This document shows, piece after piece, positions 33,916 through 34,277 of a DNA stretch of 34,277 nucleotides. The stretch comes from Luminiphilus sp. Its GTDB lineage: Bacteria > Planctomycetota > UBA1135 > UBA2386. Made by a program: the position numbers and the translations under genes. The notes below the pieces were generated by a model. The model saw nothing but the letters and a program-made list of their open reading frames with translations. It was not told the origin of the DNA and searched no databases. The stretch spans positions 1-34,277 of the forward strand of contig JBERSB010000259.1 in NCBI GenBank assembly GCA_041236755.1, read 5' to 3'. The first letter of the stretch is position 1. Every line of letters starts with the position of its first letter.

Positions 33916-34277
33916 CGTTCGGTCCGCGCGGCCTCCAGCGCTGTGTGCAGGCTCTCGGGGTCGGTCTGCGGCAGCACGCCATGGCCCAGGTTGAAGATGT
34001 GTCCTGCAGAGCCGGCGCATGCGCAGATCTTCTGCACGCGGCGCCGCAGGTCGTCCGGCCCGCAGAACAGCGCCGTCGGGTCGAGGTTGCCCTGCAGCGC
34101 CTTGCGGTCGCCGACGCGGTCACGGAACTGGCCGAGGTCGTGTCGCCAGTCGACCGCGAGCACGTCGGCGCACGAGCGCTGCATCGCGTCGAGGTGCTGG
34201 AACGCGCCGTTGACGTAGTTGATCGCGATCGCAGACCGCTCCTTGGCCGCCTCGAGCAGGCGCTCGGTCGCGGGTGC
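33912..34277 (-). CDS. hemE: uroporphyrinogen decarboxylase, C-terminal part (5' end beyond window)
   Basis: VDWR, LQGNLDP, GHIFNLGHGVLPQT; frame stays open to the window edge. Confidence 0.95.
   Translation of the reverse strand, partial: APATERLLEAAKERSAIAINYVNGAFQHLDAMQRSCADVLAVDWRHDLGQFRDRVGDRKALQGNLDPTALFCGPDDLRRRVQKICACAGSAGHIFNLGHGVLPQTDPESLHTALEAARTER

Overview
Very GC-rich bacterial window whose gene content points to Planctomycetota, possibly an OM190-like uncultured lineage (inference from protein families, not verified). Left to right: (1) topA on the minus strand, running off the left edge. (2) A divergent ~12.3 kb plus-strand envelope locus: secreted beta-helix protein, helical lipoprotein, TonB-dependent receptor, then ttpB-like (DUF3450), ttpC-like, exbB, exbD, tonB and a TPR lipoprotein. 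Its two promoters share an identical 14-bp motif within 11-bp-period direct repeats at the same distance from a -10 box, resembling a Pho box. (3) An acyl-CoA dehydrogenase and a secreted Arg/Ser/Thr-rich disordered, Trp/Tyr-rich TPR protein with a candidate sigma54 promoter and upstream palindrome. (4) DUF502, a large secreted beta-propeller oxidoreductase-like protein, a pentaheme cytochrome c and an unusual capless HAD. (5) A secreted amidohydrolase pair. (6) A heme biosynthesis operon, hemE-hemN-hemY-SDR-hemH, running off the right edge. I saw no rRNA, tRNA, CRISPR array or mobile element. Most long ORFs in the supplied track are antisense or off-frame shadows.
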